Both the position numbers and the translations under genes were made by a program. DNA of 64,000 bases from Desulfobacterales bacterium (lineage in GTDB: Bacteria > Desulfobacterota > Desulfobacteria > Desulfobacterales > UBA5852): contig CAXXVS010000002.1 in assembly GCA_963674755.2 (NCBI GenBank), positions 192,001-256,000 on the forward strand. Reading direction: 5' to 3'. The notes beneath the pieces are model-generated. The model saw only the letters and a list, made by a program, of their open reading frames with translations, had not been told where the DNA came from and did not search any database. Of this stretch, positions 36,152 to 44,258 are shown in pieces (within the stretch, counting starts at the first letter, position 1; every line of letters begins with the position of its first letter).

Positions 36152-36988
36152 ATGGCTGTGCAACATCGTGTTTCGGTTGGTCCTGTAACCTGTGGTTCAG
36201 ACACCTTGTTTTTGATTTCAGGGCCCTGTGTCATCGAAGATGAGTCTATCATGATGCAGACGGCGGAACGATTGAAAGAGCTGTCCCAGCGTCTGAAGCT
36301 GCCCCTGATCTTCAAGTCGTCCTTCATGAAGGACAACCGCAGTGCCATAGAGCATTTCCACGGCCCCGGGCTGGACAAGGGGTTGGCCCTGCTGGCGAAA
36401 ATCCGGGAGACCTTTGATGTCCCCATCATTACCGATGTGCATTTCCCCGAACAGATCGGGCCGACGGCCGCAGTGGCCGACGTGATCCAGATCCCCGCTT
36501 ATCTTTGCATGCAAACCGAGTTGGTGATTACAGCAGCCAGGACGGGGCGGGCCATCAACATCAAGCACGGGCAATTCCTGGCGCCCGCCAACATGATCAA
36601 GCCCGTCCAGAAAATCGAAAGCTTCGGGTATCATGACATCCTGCTGACGGAACGCGGCTATACCTTCGGCTACAATGACCTGGTGGTCGATCCCCGCAGC
36701 TTCTATGAGCTGCGCCAAATCGGCTATCCGGTCGTTTTCGACATCACCCACAGTATCCGCCGCTACGGAATCCCCAGCAAAGATCCCCGGGGCAGCAGCC
36801 GTGAGTATCTCACGACCATCGCCCGCGCCGGTGTGGCCGCCGGCGTCGACGGGGTTTTTATCGAAACCCACCCGAACCCGCCGGAAGCGTTGTGCGATGC
36901 GGCCAGCCAACTGGCGCTCGATCAGATGGAAGCATTCCTCATGCCGTTGATCGAGATTCACAACCTTGTCAAGGAACAACGCGACTAG
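36152..36988 (+). CDS. kdsA: KDO8P synthase family protein, metal-dependent type, with divergent active-site motifs
   Basis: GPCVIE, KSSF.KDNRS, TDVH, QIPA, ERG.TFGYN.LVVD, FD.THS, F.E.HP.P..A.CD; RBS aagga. Confidence 0.88.
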   Translation: MAVQHRVSVGPVTCGSDTLFLISGPCVIEDESIMMQTAERLKELSQRLKLPLIFKSSFMKDNRSAIEHFHGPGLDKGLALLAKIRETFDVPIITDVHFPEQIGPTAAVADVIQIPAYLCMQTELVITAARTGRAINIKHGQFLAPANMIKPVQKIESFGYHDILLTERGYTFGYNDLVVDPRSFYELRQIGYPVVFDITHSIRRYGIPSKDPRGSSREYLTTIARAGVAAGVDGVFIETHPNPPEALCDAASQLALDQMEAFLMPLIEIHNLVKEQRD

Positions 36989-37100
36989 ATAAACCGATTA
37001 AAGACCCCATAGCGCTATTGCGGTAGGCGTTCGGCGGGACATCGACCGCGAGCGTTCGGCCGCCTGTGAGACGGCGCTTGGATAAAAGAAAGGATAGAGG

Positions 37101-38126
37101 ATGGATTTATATCTTGATTCGGCCGACTTCAAGGAAATTGAAGAGGCCCTCCGTTTGGGATTTATCAAAGGGCTGACCACAACCCCCACTTTCATGCACC
37201 GGCACGGGATTACCGATATCGATGGTGCCATTGTCAAGCTTTCCGGCATGGTGCCGGAGCTTCAGGTGGAAGCACTGGGGGAAACGCACGACGAAATCGT
37301 CTCCGAGGCCCATCGCCTGCTGGATTTACCTCTGGTCAAAGCGCCCGTCTTCAAGGTGCCCGTCTCCCTTGAAGGACTGCGGGCCTGCAAGACCCTGACG
37401 GACGAGGGCCACCGCGTCAATGTCCATCTGATCTATACCCTGAATCAGGCCTACATGGCGATGGCCGCCGGGGCGGCCTTTGTCTGTCCCCTGGCCGGGC
37501 GGCTGCAGGACCAGGGGCATGAAGCGATTCTGCTCTATGAGCAATGCGTCGATCTGGTGGATCGCTACGACTATCCCACCAAGATCATGTTTTCTTCGGT
37601 GCGCTATCCCGATCACGTCCGGCAGGCTGCCTTGGCCGGCGTGCATGTCTGCACCGTGCCCTGGGGCGTCATGAAGCGCCTCTGCGACAACGCCCTGACC
37701 AAGGTCGGCACCGAGCAGTTCTTCGAACACACCCGCTTGATGACGGTCAAGGTGAAAGACGTCATCCGGGCGAACAATCCCGTCTGCCGCCTGGCGGATA
37801 CGGTGAAGAATGCCCTGGTGAAGATGACGGCCTCGCGCATCGGCGCGGTGACCCTCGTCGACGATGCCGGACAATTGGCGGGTATTTTTACCGATGGTGA
37901 CATCCGCCGCCGTTTGCAGGAAGGCGGCGACGGAATCCTGGACCGCGCCATGGGGGAGGCGGGATTTACGGCCGATCCGGTTTCCATCAATGCCGAGGCC
38001 CTGCTCTATGAAGCGGTCAACGTCTTCAATGCGCGCCAGATCGATAATATCGTCGTCCTGGAAGACAATCTTCCCATCGGGATATTGGATATTCAGGACC
38101 TCGTCAAAATGGGACTTCTGGGATAA
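37101..38126 (+). CDS. Transaldolase/FSA-family domain fused to a KdsD-type CBS pair, occupying the kdsD position
   Basis: Residues ~1-212 follow the TalC/FSA pattern (LYLDSA, G.TT.P, FKVP Schiff-base Lys85, P..GR, SSVR). Residues ~213-341 are a CBS pair with GIFTDGDIRR and GILDIQDL..G as in KdsD/GutQ. Confidence 0.85.
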   Translation: MDLYLDSADFKEIEEALRLGFIKGLTTTPTFMHRHGITDIDGAIVKLSGMVPELQVEALGETHDEIVSEAHRLLDLPLVKAPVFKVPVSLEGLRACKTLTDEGHRVNVHLIYTLNQAYMAMAAGAAFVCPLAGRLQDQGHEAILLYEQCVDLVDRYDYPTKIMFSSVRYPDHVRQAALAGVHVCTVPWGVMKRLCDNALTKVGTEQFFEHTRLMTVKVKDVIRANNPVCRLADTVKNALVKMTASRIGAVTLVDDAGQLAGIFTDGDIRRRLQEGGDGILDRAMGEAGFTADPVSINAEALLYEAVNVFNARQIDNIVVLEDNLPIGILDIQDLVKMGLLG

Positions 38127-38131
38127 CCGCC

Positions 38132-38863
38132 ATGGCTACCGATGCTGCCGCAAACCCGCCCTGGTTGAAAATTTTTCAAGGTCTGGGCGGCCAGTTCGTA
38201 ACGCCTCCGCCCCAATTGCGGCAGAAGTTCGTCCGCATCCGGGCGTTGATCTTCGATTGGGACGGTGTCTTCAATACGGGCGAAAAGGGGGAGCAGCAGA
38301 CCAGCTCCTACACCGAGCCCGACTCCATGGGCACCAACATGCTGCGGTTCGGGCTGTGGCTGCCCCAGGAGGTCATGCCGGTGGTGGCGGTCATCACCGG
38401 GGTCGAAAACCGCTCGGCCATGCACCTGGCCCGCCGTGAACATTTCCAGGACGTTTATTTCAGCATCCGCAATAAGGGCCTGGCCGTGACACACCTTTGT
38501 TCGGCCCATGGCATCCGCCCCGATCAGGTGGCCTGTCTTTTCGACGATATCAACGATCTCGAGATGGCCCAGGCCTGCGGTGTGCGGTGCCTGGTAGCCC
38601 GCGGCGCCAGCCCCATGTTCACCCGCTATGTCGTCCGCCGGGGCTTGACGGACTATGTCACGGGGTGCGGGCCCCATCGCCATGGGGTGCGCGAGTTCTG
38701 CGAACTGGCGCTGGCGGCCATGGAACGCTACGATCAGGTCATTGCGGCCCGCATGTCCTGGAACGCGCAATACCAAGCCTATTTCACCCAGCGGCAGGCT
38801 ATTTTGACCAATTTTTACACTCAGAGGGCGGACCAGATCAAACCGGCCGCCAATATTGCCTGA
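38132..38863 (+). CDS. HAD phosphatase, long divergent KdsC-like
   Basis: IRALIFDWDGVF motif I, VAVITG motif II, NK, FDDINDL motif IV, G....GVREFCEL as in KdsC; kdsC position. Confidence 0.75.
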   Translation: MATDAAANPPWLKIFQGLGGQFVTPPPQLRQKFVRIRALIFDWDGVFNTGEKGEQQTSSYTEPDSMGTNMLRFGLWLPQEVMPVVAVITGVENRSAMHLARREHFQDVYFSIRNKGLAVTHLCSAHGIRPDQVACLFDDINDLEMAQACGVRCLVARGASPMFTRYVVRRGLTDYVTGCGPHRHGVREFCELALAAMERYDQVIAARMSWNAQYQAYFTQRQAILTNFYTQRADQIKPAANIA

Positions 38864-38915
38864 AACGGCCGCCCATGGACAAACCCGCACCAATCGAGAC
38901 GCCTGACAGGTTATC

Positions 38916-39839
38916 ATGCTGCTGAATAAACTGGCCGGCTGCATCGGCCGCGTGCCGCCTGCCACACTGGGCACCCTGGGACGTGGTATCGGCCGTATCG
39001 CTTATATGGTGGATATCCGGCATCGCCGCATTGTGCTGCAGAACTTGGCCTTTATCTATCCCCAATGGGATTTGCCCCGGCTCCGTCGGATAGCCCGACG
39101 CATTTTTCAGCATTTTGGCGTTGTCCTGCTCGAGATCCTTCAGGCCCCCTTCCTCGACCCCGAGGCGTTGGCGTCAAGGGTTCACGTGGAGGGGGTCGAA
39201 CAGCTCGCCGCCCTCATGGACAATCCGCGGGGCTGCCTCTTGTATTCGGCCCATCTAGGAAACTGGGAACTGGGATTTCTGGCGCTTTCCGCCCGGCTGA
39301 ATCGCCCGGTGACAACGGTGGCCAAACCCATCAAGCTGCAAATAGCCCATGCCTGGCTGACCGCCCTGCGCTCCCGCTTCGGGAACCGAGTGGTGTTCAA
39401 GGATGGCGCTCTGCCGTTTATGATCCAGGCCCTGCGCAAGGGGGAGACTGTCGGCGTGCTCATCGATCAGGGAGTCCGCCGCAAAGAAGCCGTAGAGATC
39501 TCTTTTTTCGGGAAGCACTCCCTGGCAACACCGGCCGCCGCCTTGCTGGGACTGCGCTGCCGGGTGCCGGTGGTGCCCTTGTTCTGTGTGCGGGGGGGCG
39601 ATGGGCGTTACCGGGTCAAGGTCTACCCGGCCGTAGCATTCGAACGCTCGGCCTCTTTGCACAGCGACATCACCGCCTTCACCCAAGAGCTGCTTCACAT
39701 CCTGGAGGATGTGATCAAGGCGTACCCCGAGCAATGGTTCTGGTTTCACAAGCGCTGGAAGCGAACCCACCCCGCGCTTTATCCCGAATATCGTGAACTG
39801 TTGCGCAAAAAACGCCTCAGGAAGGGGCTGCCTGAATGA
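38916..39839 (+). CDS. lpxL: Lipid A late acyltransferase (LpxL/HtrB family)
   Basis: SAHLGNWE, LIDQ, FFG, YPEQWFWFHKRWK. Confidence 0.9.
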   Translation: MLLNKLAGCIGRVPPATLGTLGRGIGRIAYMVDIRHRRIVLQNLAFIYPQWDLPRLRRIARRIFQHFGVVLLEILQAPFLDPEALASRVHVEGVEQLAALMDNPRGCLLYSAHLGNWELGFLALSARLNRPVTTVAKPIKLQIAHAWLTALRSRFGNRVVFKDGALPFMIQALRKGETVGVLIDQGVRRKEAVEISFFGKHSLATPAAALLGLRCRVPVVPLFCVRGGDGRYRVKVYPAVAFERSASLHSDITAFTQELLHILEDVIKAYPEQWFWFHKRWKRTHPALYPEYRELLRKKRLRKGLPE

Positions 39840-39957
39840 CCGCACCGACCGTCATGGCGAGAGAGCGGCGTGGGCGGGACAGCGACCGGATCGCGACTTT
39901 CTAGAAATCCTGCAACCACCGAATTCAATCGGCGTTATCGAAGTGGAGCTTTCCTTC

Positions 39958-41538
39958 ATGCGGTACCCTACGAAATGGCAATCCTCACATCTCGGCTGGA
40001 TCATACCCTTGGCGGTTTCCCTGCTGCTCAAGGGCTTTTTGTCCCTGCAGGATGTGGTGCTCAACTCCGATGGCGTCGTCTATTTGGAAGCCGCCCGGAT
40101 GATCGCCGAGGGCCATTTCTCCCAAAGTCTTCTTCTATACCCGATGCCGGCTTATCCACTATTGATCGCGGCCGCTCATCTCATTGTGCCCGACTGGATA
40201 CTAGCCGCCAAGCTCATTAACGTTATTGCCGCCGCGGCGATAACGCTTCCGGTCTACTGGCTTACCCAACTGTTGTTCGATCGACGGGCCGCCTTCTATG
40301 CGGCTCTGGCCGTGGCTCTGCTGCCCAAACTGAATGACATGGCGCCGGACGTGATTCGCGATCCCTGCTTTCTCCTGCTGGCTTGCGGTTCGGTGGCCTG
40401 GATGGTCGAGGCATTTGCCATGAAGCGCATCCGCGGGGTTTTGGGGGCCTTCGCCCTCGCCGGCGCCGCTCTCTTGTTCCGCATCGAAGCGATTTCCTTG
40501 TTCATGGTCTATCTCCTCTATTTGGCCGGGGTGGCATTGGTTGCAAAAGAACAGCGCCGTTTTGCTCGCAAGGCGCTGCTGGTGGTCCTGATCCCCGCGC
40601 TGCTCGGCATGGTAGGCCTGGTCGGTGTGGGAGCTACATCTGGAGGCGCCGACCGCGTCGATCAGCTGCAGGCCTTCGGCCGGAGTATTCTCGATGGTCG
40701 CTTTTTCTCCCGGTACCAGGATATTTACGCCCACCTTAAAGACAGCGAGCGTTTGTCCCCGGGGACATCAGGGGAGCTTTTCAAGCTGGCCCGGCATTAC
40801 CTGCCGCTTCTCTGCCTCGTTGGCATGCTGGAGGCGTTTTTCAAAGGACTCTTCTGGCCTAACGCCGTGCTCCTCTGGATCGCCCGCCGGAGGGTCTCAA
40901 CCGGCGGCATACCGTTGGTGCTCCTTACGATCATAATCCACAGCCTGCTAGTGTTGATTTATTTCCTGCGTATCGATTATTTGTCTTCGCGCTATCTTCT
41001 GTTTTGTGCGCTTTTGACCCTGCCTTTGGTCGGCCAGGGGGCTGTTTTGTTGGAGGGTAAGGCCCAGAGGGTGACTTGGCGCAAAACGGCGCTTGCGCTT
41101 ATCGTTCTTGTTTTTGTGGCTTTTCCGCTGTACCGCTCGGTCGTCCAGGGCTTCGGGGAGGATCGCGCCATTGCCATGACAGGCAGATGGCTGTCCCATG
41201 AATCTGAATTGCGGCGGGTGCCGTGGGCTGTCAACGACTTGCGCTACTACATTTACGCCGGCAAACCTCTCGACCTCCAGAAAGAGGAGGAGGGGGCTAT
41301 TAAAGTGGCGCGGTACCAGATTGAGAAAAACTATCGCGCGCTGGAGAAACTGGCCCGCGACGGAGGCAAAGACGTTATCATCCTGAGGAGACGCAGAAAG
41401 GATCCAAGCGGGACCGTTCACTTCGCGACCTTTCATAAAGTCAAGGCGATCGAGAGTTCGCAAAGCATCATCACCGTTTACGCACGAAACGGCCTCTTCC
41501 CAAAAGAGGCTGGTGCACACGGGGAATATTCGGATTAG
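39958..41538 (+). CDS. Polytopic GT-C glycosyltransferase (ArnT/PMT-like)
   Basis: TM1 followed by NSDGVVYL...A acidic loop, YPLLIA, RD, R.E, RY motifs, ~12 TM helices and a C-terminal soluble domain. Confidence 0.7.
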   Translation: MRYPTKWQSSHLGWIIPLAVSLLLKGFLSLQDVVLNSDGVVYLEAARMIAEGHFSQSLLLYPMPAYPLLIAAAHLIVPDWILAAKLINVIAAAAITLPVYWLTQLLFDRRAAFYAALAVALLPKLNDMAPDVIRDPCFLLLACGSVAWMVEAFAMKRIRGVLGAFALAGAALLFRIEAISLFMVYLLYLAGVALVAKEQRRFARKALLVVLIPALLGMVGLVGVGATSGGADRVDQLQAFGRSILDGRFFSRYQDIYAHLKDSERLSPGTSGELFKLARHYLPLLCLVGMLEAFFKGLFWPNAVLLWIARRRVSTGGIPLVLLTIIIHSLLVLIYFLRIDYLSSRYLLFCALLTLPLVGQGAVLLEGKAQRVTWRKTALALIVLVFVAFPLYRSVVQGFGEDRAIAMTGRWLSHESELRRVPWAVNDLRYYIYAGKPLDLQKEEEGAIKVARYQIEKNYRALEKLARDGGKDVIILRRRRKDPSGTVHFATFHKVKAIESSQSIITVYARNGLFPKEAGAHGEYSD

Positions 41539-41620
41539 ACGTTGTTTTGGGCGGGGAAAGTGCGTTGGCCTTTTTAGAGCGGCTTGATGCTGTCGTCGTA
41601 TCACTGTTGGAATGGCAGCC

Positions 41621-42319
41621 TCAAGCCTGGCTGTTGTGTTGCGCAGCAGATGCTGTAAAATAGGCCTCATAACGTTCGCGCAGCCGCCGCTCGTTAGAGG
41701 ATGGCAGCTCGGCGGAAGCGCAATAGGCGTCAATGAAAATATGCCTTGCCGGCGACAGGCAGCCGAGATCGGAATCATAGCGAAACAAATGGCGCAGGTT
41801 GCGGATGCGCAAATTTAGCGTAAGGGGGCCGCGCCGAAAACGCATATCCGCGATGTCGATCAGCCCGACTTGACTGCGGGGCGTCAGCACCACGTTGCCG
41901 AAGTGGATGGACCGGAAATAAATTCCGCTGTGATGCAGTCGTTGAAAAAATATCCCCAATTGGCTGGCCAGCTGCCGGTCGATGGCGTGATGTTCGCAGT
42001 GCTCACGTAGCGTTTGACCCTCAAGGGGGCTGTAATGGACAGCGGTCCGCTGCAGGGCGACGATTTTGAAGACCCCCTGGATTTCCACCGTCGGAATATC
42101 GGCGGTTTGAAGCCTGTGGGCATGACGCCGGAAGCGAATAGGGTAGGGAACCAGGCGTGCAGATGTCAGCAGCCGCTTGATACGAAATAATTTGAGAATG
42201 CTTTGGTCCCTGAGGCGCAGAACCTTGGGTGAAAGCTGGCCATCGACGTATTCACTCGACAAAATTTCAGCACCCTCAATGAGATCGTAGTACCGCGCCA
42301 GAGGAACCGACTGCATCAT
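41621..42319 (-). CDS. LPS kinase-like protein (Kdo/WaaP superfamily; Pseudomonas PA4998/toluene-tolerance type)
   Basis: KVLRL.D.S.LKLFR.KRLL.SA...PY..RF, Y.PL.G.TL, LH..GIYFRSIHFGNV, GLID.AD; RBS aagga upstream of 42319. Confidence 0.75.
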   Translation of the reverse strand: MMQSVPLARYYDLIEGAEILSSEYVDGQLSPKVLRLRDQSILKLFRIKRLLTSARLVPYPIRFRRHAHRLQTADIPTVEIQGVFKIVALQRTAVHYSPLEGQTLREHCEHHAIDRQLASQLGIFFQRLHHSGIYFRSIHFGNVVLTPRSQVGLIDIADMRFRRGPLTLNLRIRNLRHLFRYDSDLGCLSPARHIFIDAYCASAELPSSNERRLRERYEAYFTASAAQHNSQA

Positions 42320-42425
42320 GAATCCTTTATCGTTTGCGGTTTGCCCTCGTGTGACCGTGTGATTCATACTGCTTGGCACCGCTGTTCAAACATGAAAAGG
42401 CCGATGGGGGGTACAATTGTTGGCG

Positions 42426-43553
42426 ATGCCCAAACGCAATGTGTTGATTTTGAATCACAGCTATAAATCCCCCTTCAAAGAGCTGGATGTCCAGTACGCA
42501 AAGCTGTTTCATCCAGACCGTTTTAGGGTGACGATGGCCTATCTCACCGGCGGCGCAGACTCGGAGGAGGTCGTCTTCTCTTCCCCGTATGATACCATAT
42601 TTCTGAATTTAAGAAAAAAGGATATTCGCCGGTTTAAGGTGCGCGCCATTCGTAAGGTGCGGGCGTTGTGCGAAGAACGCAACATTACGGTCAGCATCTG
42701 TCATCGTTACAAACCGACCTATATAATGGCCTGGGTCGCGCGCTCGTGCCGGATTCCCTATCTCATTTCCGTGATGCACGATTTCCGTACCTTGAATCGA
42801 CTGTCCCACAAATTATTTGTCTATTGGCGTTTACGGCATCAATTCGTGTTTGCCGGTGTTTCGGATGCGGTGCGCGATGATATTTATCGAGATGGATGGG
42901 GATTGCGGCGGGATCAGGTTATTACCCTGCCGAATTCAATTGATTTGCCGGAGACAGAAGCCCGGCAGCTCGATCGCGAGACAGCGCGTCGCCAACTCAA
43001 CCTTCCCGAGGATGCGTTCGTCCTGGGCACCGTGGGACGTCTGCATCCTGCAAAAGACCATCTGACCCTGATAAATGCAATGGCACTGGCAGCCTGCGAC
43101 CGCCCGGATATTCGTCTTGTCATCATCGGCAATGGTCCTCTGGAAGAATCGTTGCAAGAGGAAATTCAACGCCATCGCCTCGACAACCACATCAAGCTGA
43201 CGGGTTTCATACCGGAGGCATCACGCCTGATGCGCGCCTTCGATGTCTATGTATCCTCTTCAGGCAAGGAGCCTTTTGGCATGGTGCTTCTGGAGGCAAT
43301 GGCAGCCGGCCTTCCCATTATCGCGACAGCTGTGGATGGCGTGCCTCAAGTGATGGGCGATTGCGGTTGTTTGGTCCCCGCCGGTGACGCACAAACGCTG
43401 GCTGAAGCCATTACGGCGTATTCTAAAAAGCCCTCCTCCGAATTGTTCGATTTAGGTAGGGTGAGCCGGCAAAGATTGCAGGATAATTATACAACAGAAC
43501 ATTTTCGCGACACTTTCTGGGAATTGTTTTCGGCCAGAGGCCTGTTGCCATGA
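42426..43553 (+). CDS. GT4 glycosyltransferase
   Basis: GVSDAV, N.ID, VGRLHPAKD, EPFGMVLLEAMAAG.P. Confidence 0.9.
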   Translation: MPKRNVLILNHSYKSPFKELDVQYAKLFHPDRFRVTMAYLTGGADSEEVVFSSPYDTIFLNLRKKDIRRFKVRAIRKVRALCEERNITVSICHRYKPTYIMAWVARSCRIPYLISVMHDFRTLNRLSHKLFVYWRLRHQFVFAGVSDAVRDDIYRDGWGLRRDQVITLPNSIDLPETEARQLDRETARRQLNLPEDAFVLGTVGRLHPAKDHLTLINAMALAACDRPDIRLVIIGNGPLEESLQEEIQRHRLDNHIKLTGFIPEASRLMRAFDVYVSSSGKEPFGMVLLEAMAAGLPIIATAVDGVPQVMGDCGCLVPAGDAQTLAEAITAYSKKPSSELFDLGRVSRQRLQDNYTTEHFRDTFWELFSARGLLP

Positions 43554-43660
43554 AAAGCCTGGGACGATGTGTTGAGGGGCCGCTATGTTTGTGGTAAGGG
43601 CAACATACTTGGGACATTAGCCCCGATAAGGCGTTATCCACAAAACAAGGATGGAAAGGA

Positions 43661-44203
43661 ATGGACTATTCTCTAAAAGCGTATTTCCATGCCGAGATTA
43701 ATGGCCTCGAAAAGACGTTTTCATGGATACGCGTGCTTCGCAAGGCCTTTCGGGGGCGCCATGACAATTATCTCTTCTGGTGGCGCATTGCTTCCCGTCT
43801 CCATGGCTCTAAAATCCGGTTGGTCAAATCCATCGGTAAATCCATCAATCGGCGCATAACCCGTAGACACGGGATCGATATTATGATGGGGGCAAAAATA
43901 GCGCCGGGTCTCAACCTCGGCCATATGTTGGGTGTCTGCATTACCAGCGGCCTCGTTGCCGGCAAAAACCTGAATGTGAGACAAAACGTGCAGATCGGAG
44001 CGCTTCGTAAGGGGGAGTGCAAGATCAGTATTGGCGACAATGTTTTTGTCGGCACCAATTCCTGCATTCTCGGAACCGGCTTGCACATTGGCGACAATGT
44101 GGTCATCGGTGCAATGAGTTTTGTCAGTCAAAGTATTCCCGACAATGCAACCTTCATTACGGAAAAGGTAAGCCGCATCCTGGTCAGGGAGGAGGGGCCC
44201 TGA
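43661..44203 (+). CDS. Hexapeptide-repeat O-acetyltransferase (CysE/WcaB-like)
   Basis: A.IAPGL.LGH..G, RQNV.IG, IGDNVFVG.NS, IGDNVVIGAMSFV..SIP. Confidence 0.8.
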   Translation: MDYSLKAYFHAEINGLEKTFSWIRVLRKAFRGRHDNYLFWWRIASRLHGSKIRLVKSIGKSINRRITRRHGIDIMMGAKIAPGLNLGHMLGVCITSGLVAGKNLNVRQNVQIGALRKGECKISIGDNVFVGTNSCILGTGLHIGDNVVIGAMSFVSQSIPDNATFITEKVSRILVREEGP

Positions 44204-44258
44204 TCACACGCACGCCCGGAAAGGGCCGGCGTCTGACAACCGTCCAGCGTTCAGAGAT

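Noticed and set aside
37101..38126. Calling this gene a housekeeping transaldolase (tal) or a standard kdsD
   Set aside because: It lacks the SIS domain required for KdsD, and differs from TAL/FSA at several conserved active-site positions while carrying KdsD-type CBS domains.
43634..43642. Perfect DnaA box TTATCCACA upstream of the acetyltransferase gene
   Set aside because: Single isolated 9-mer with no cluster or AT-rich unwinding element; compatible with chance in 64 kb.
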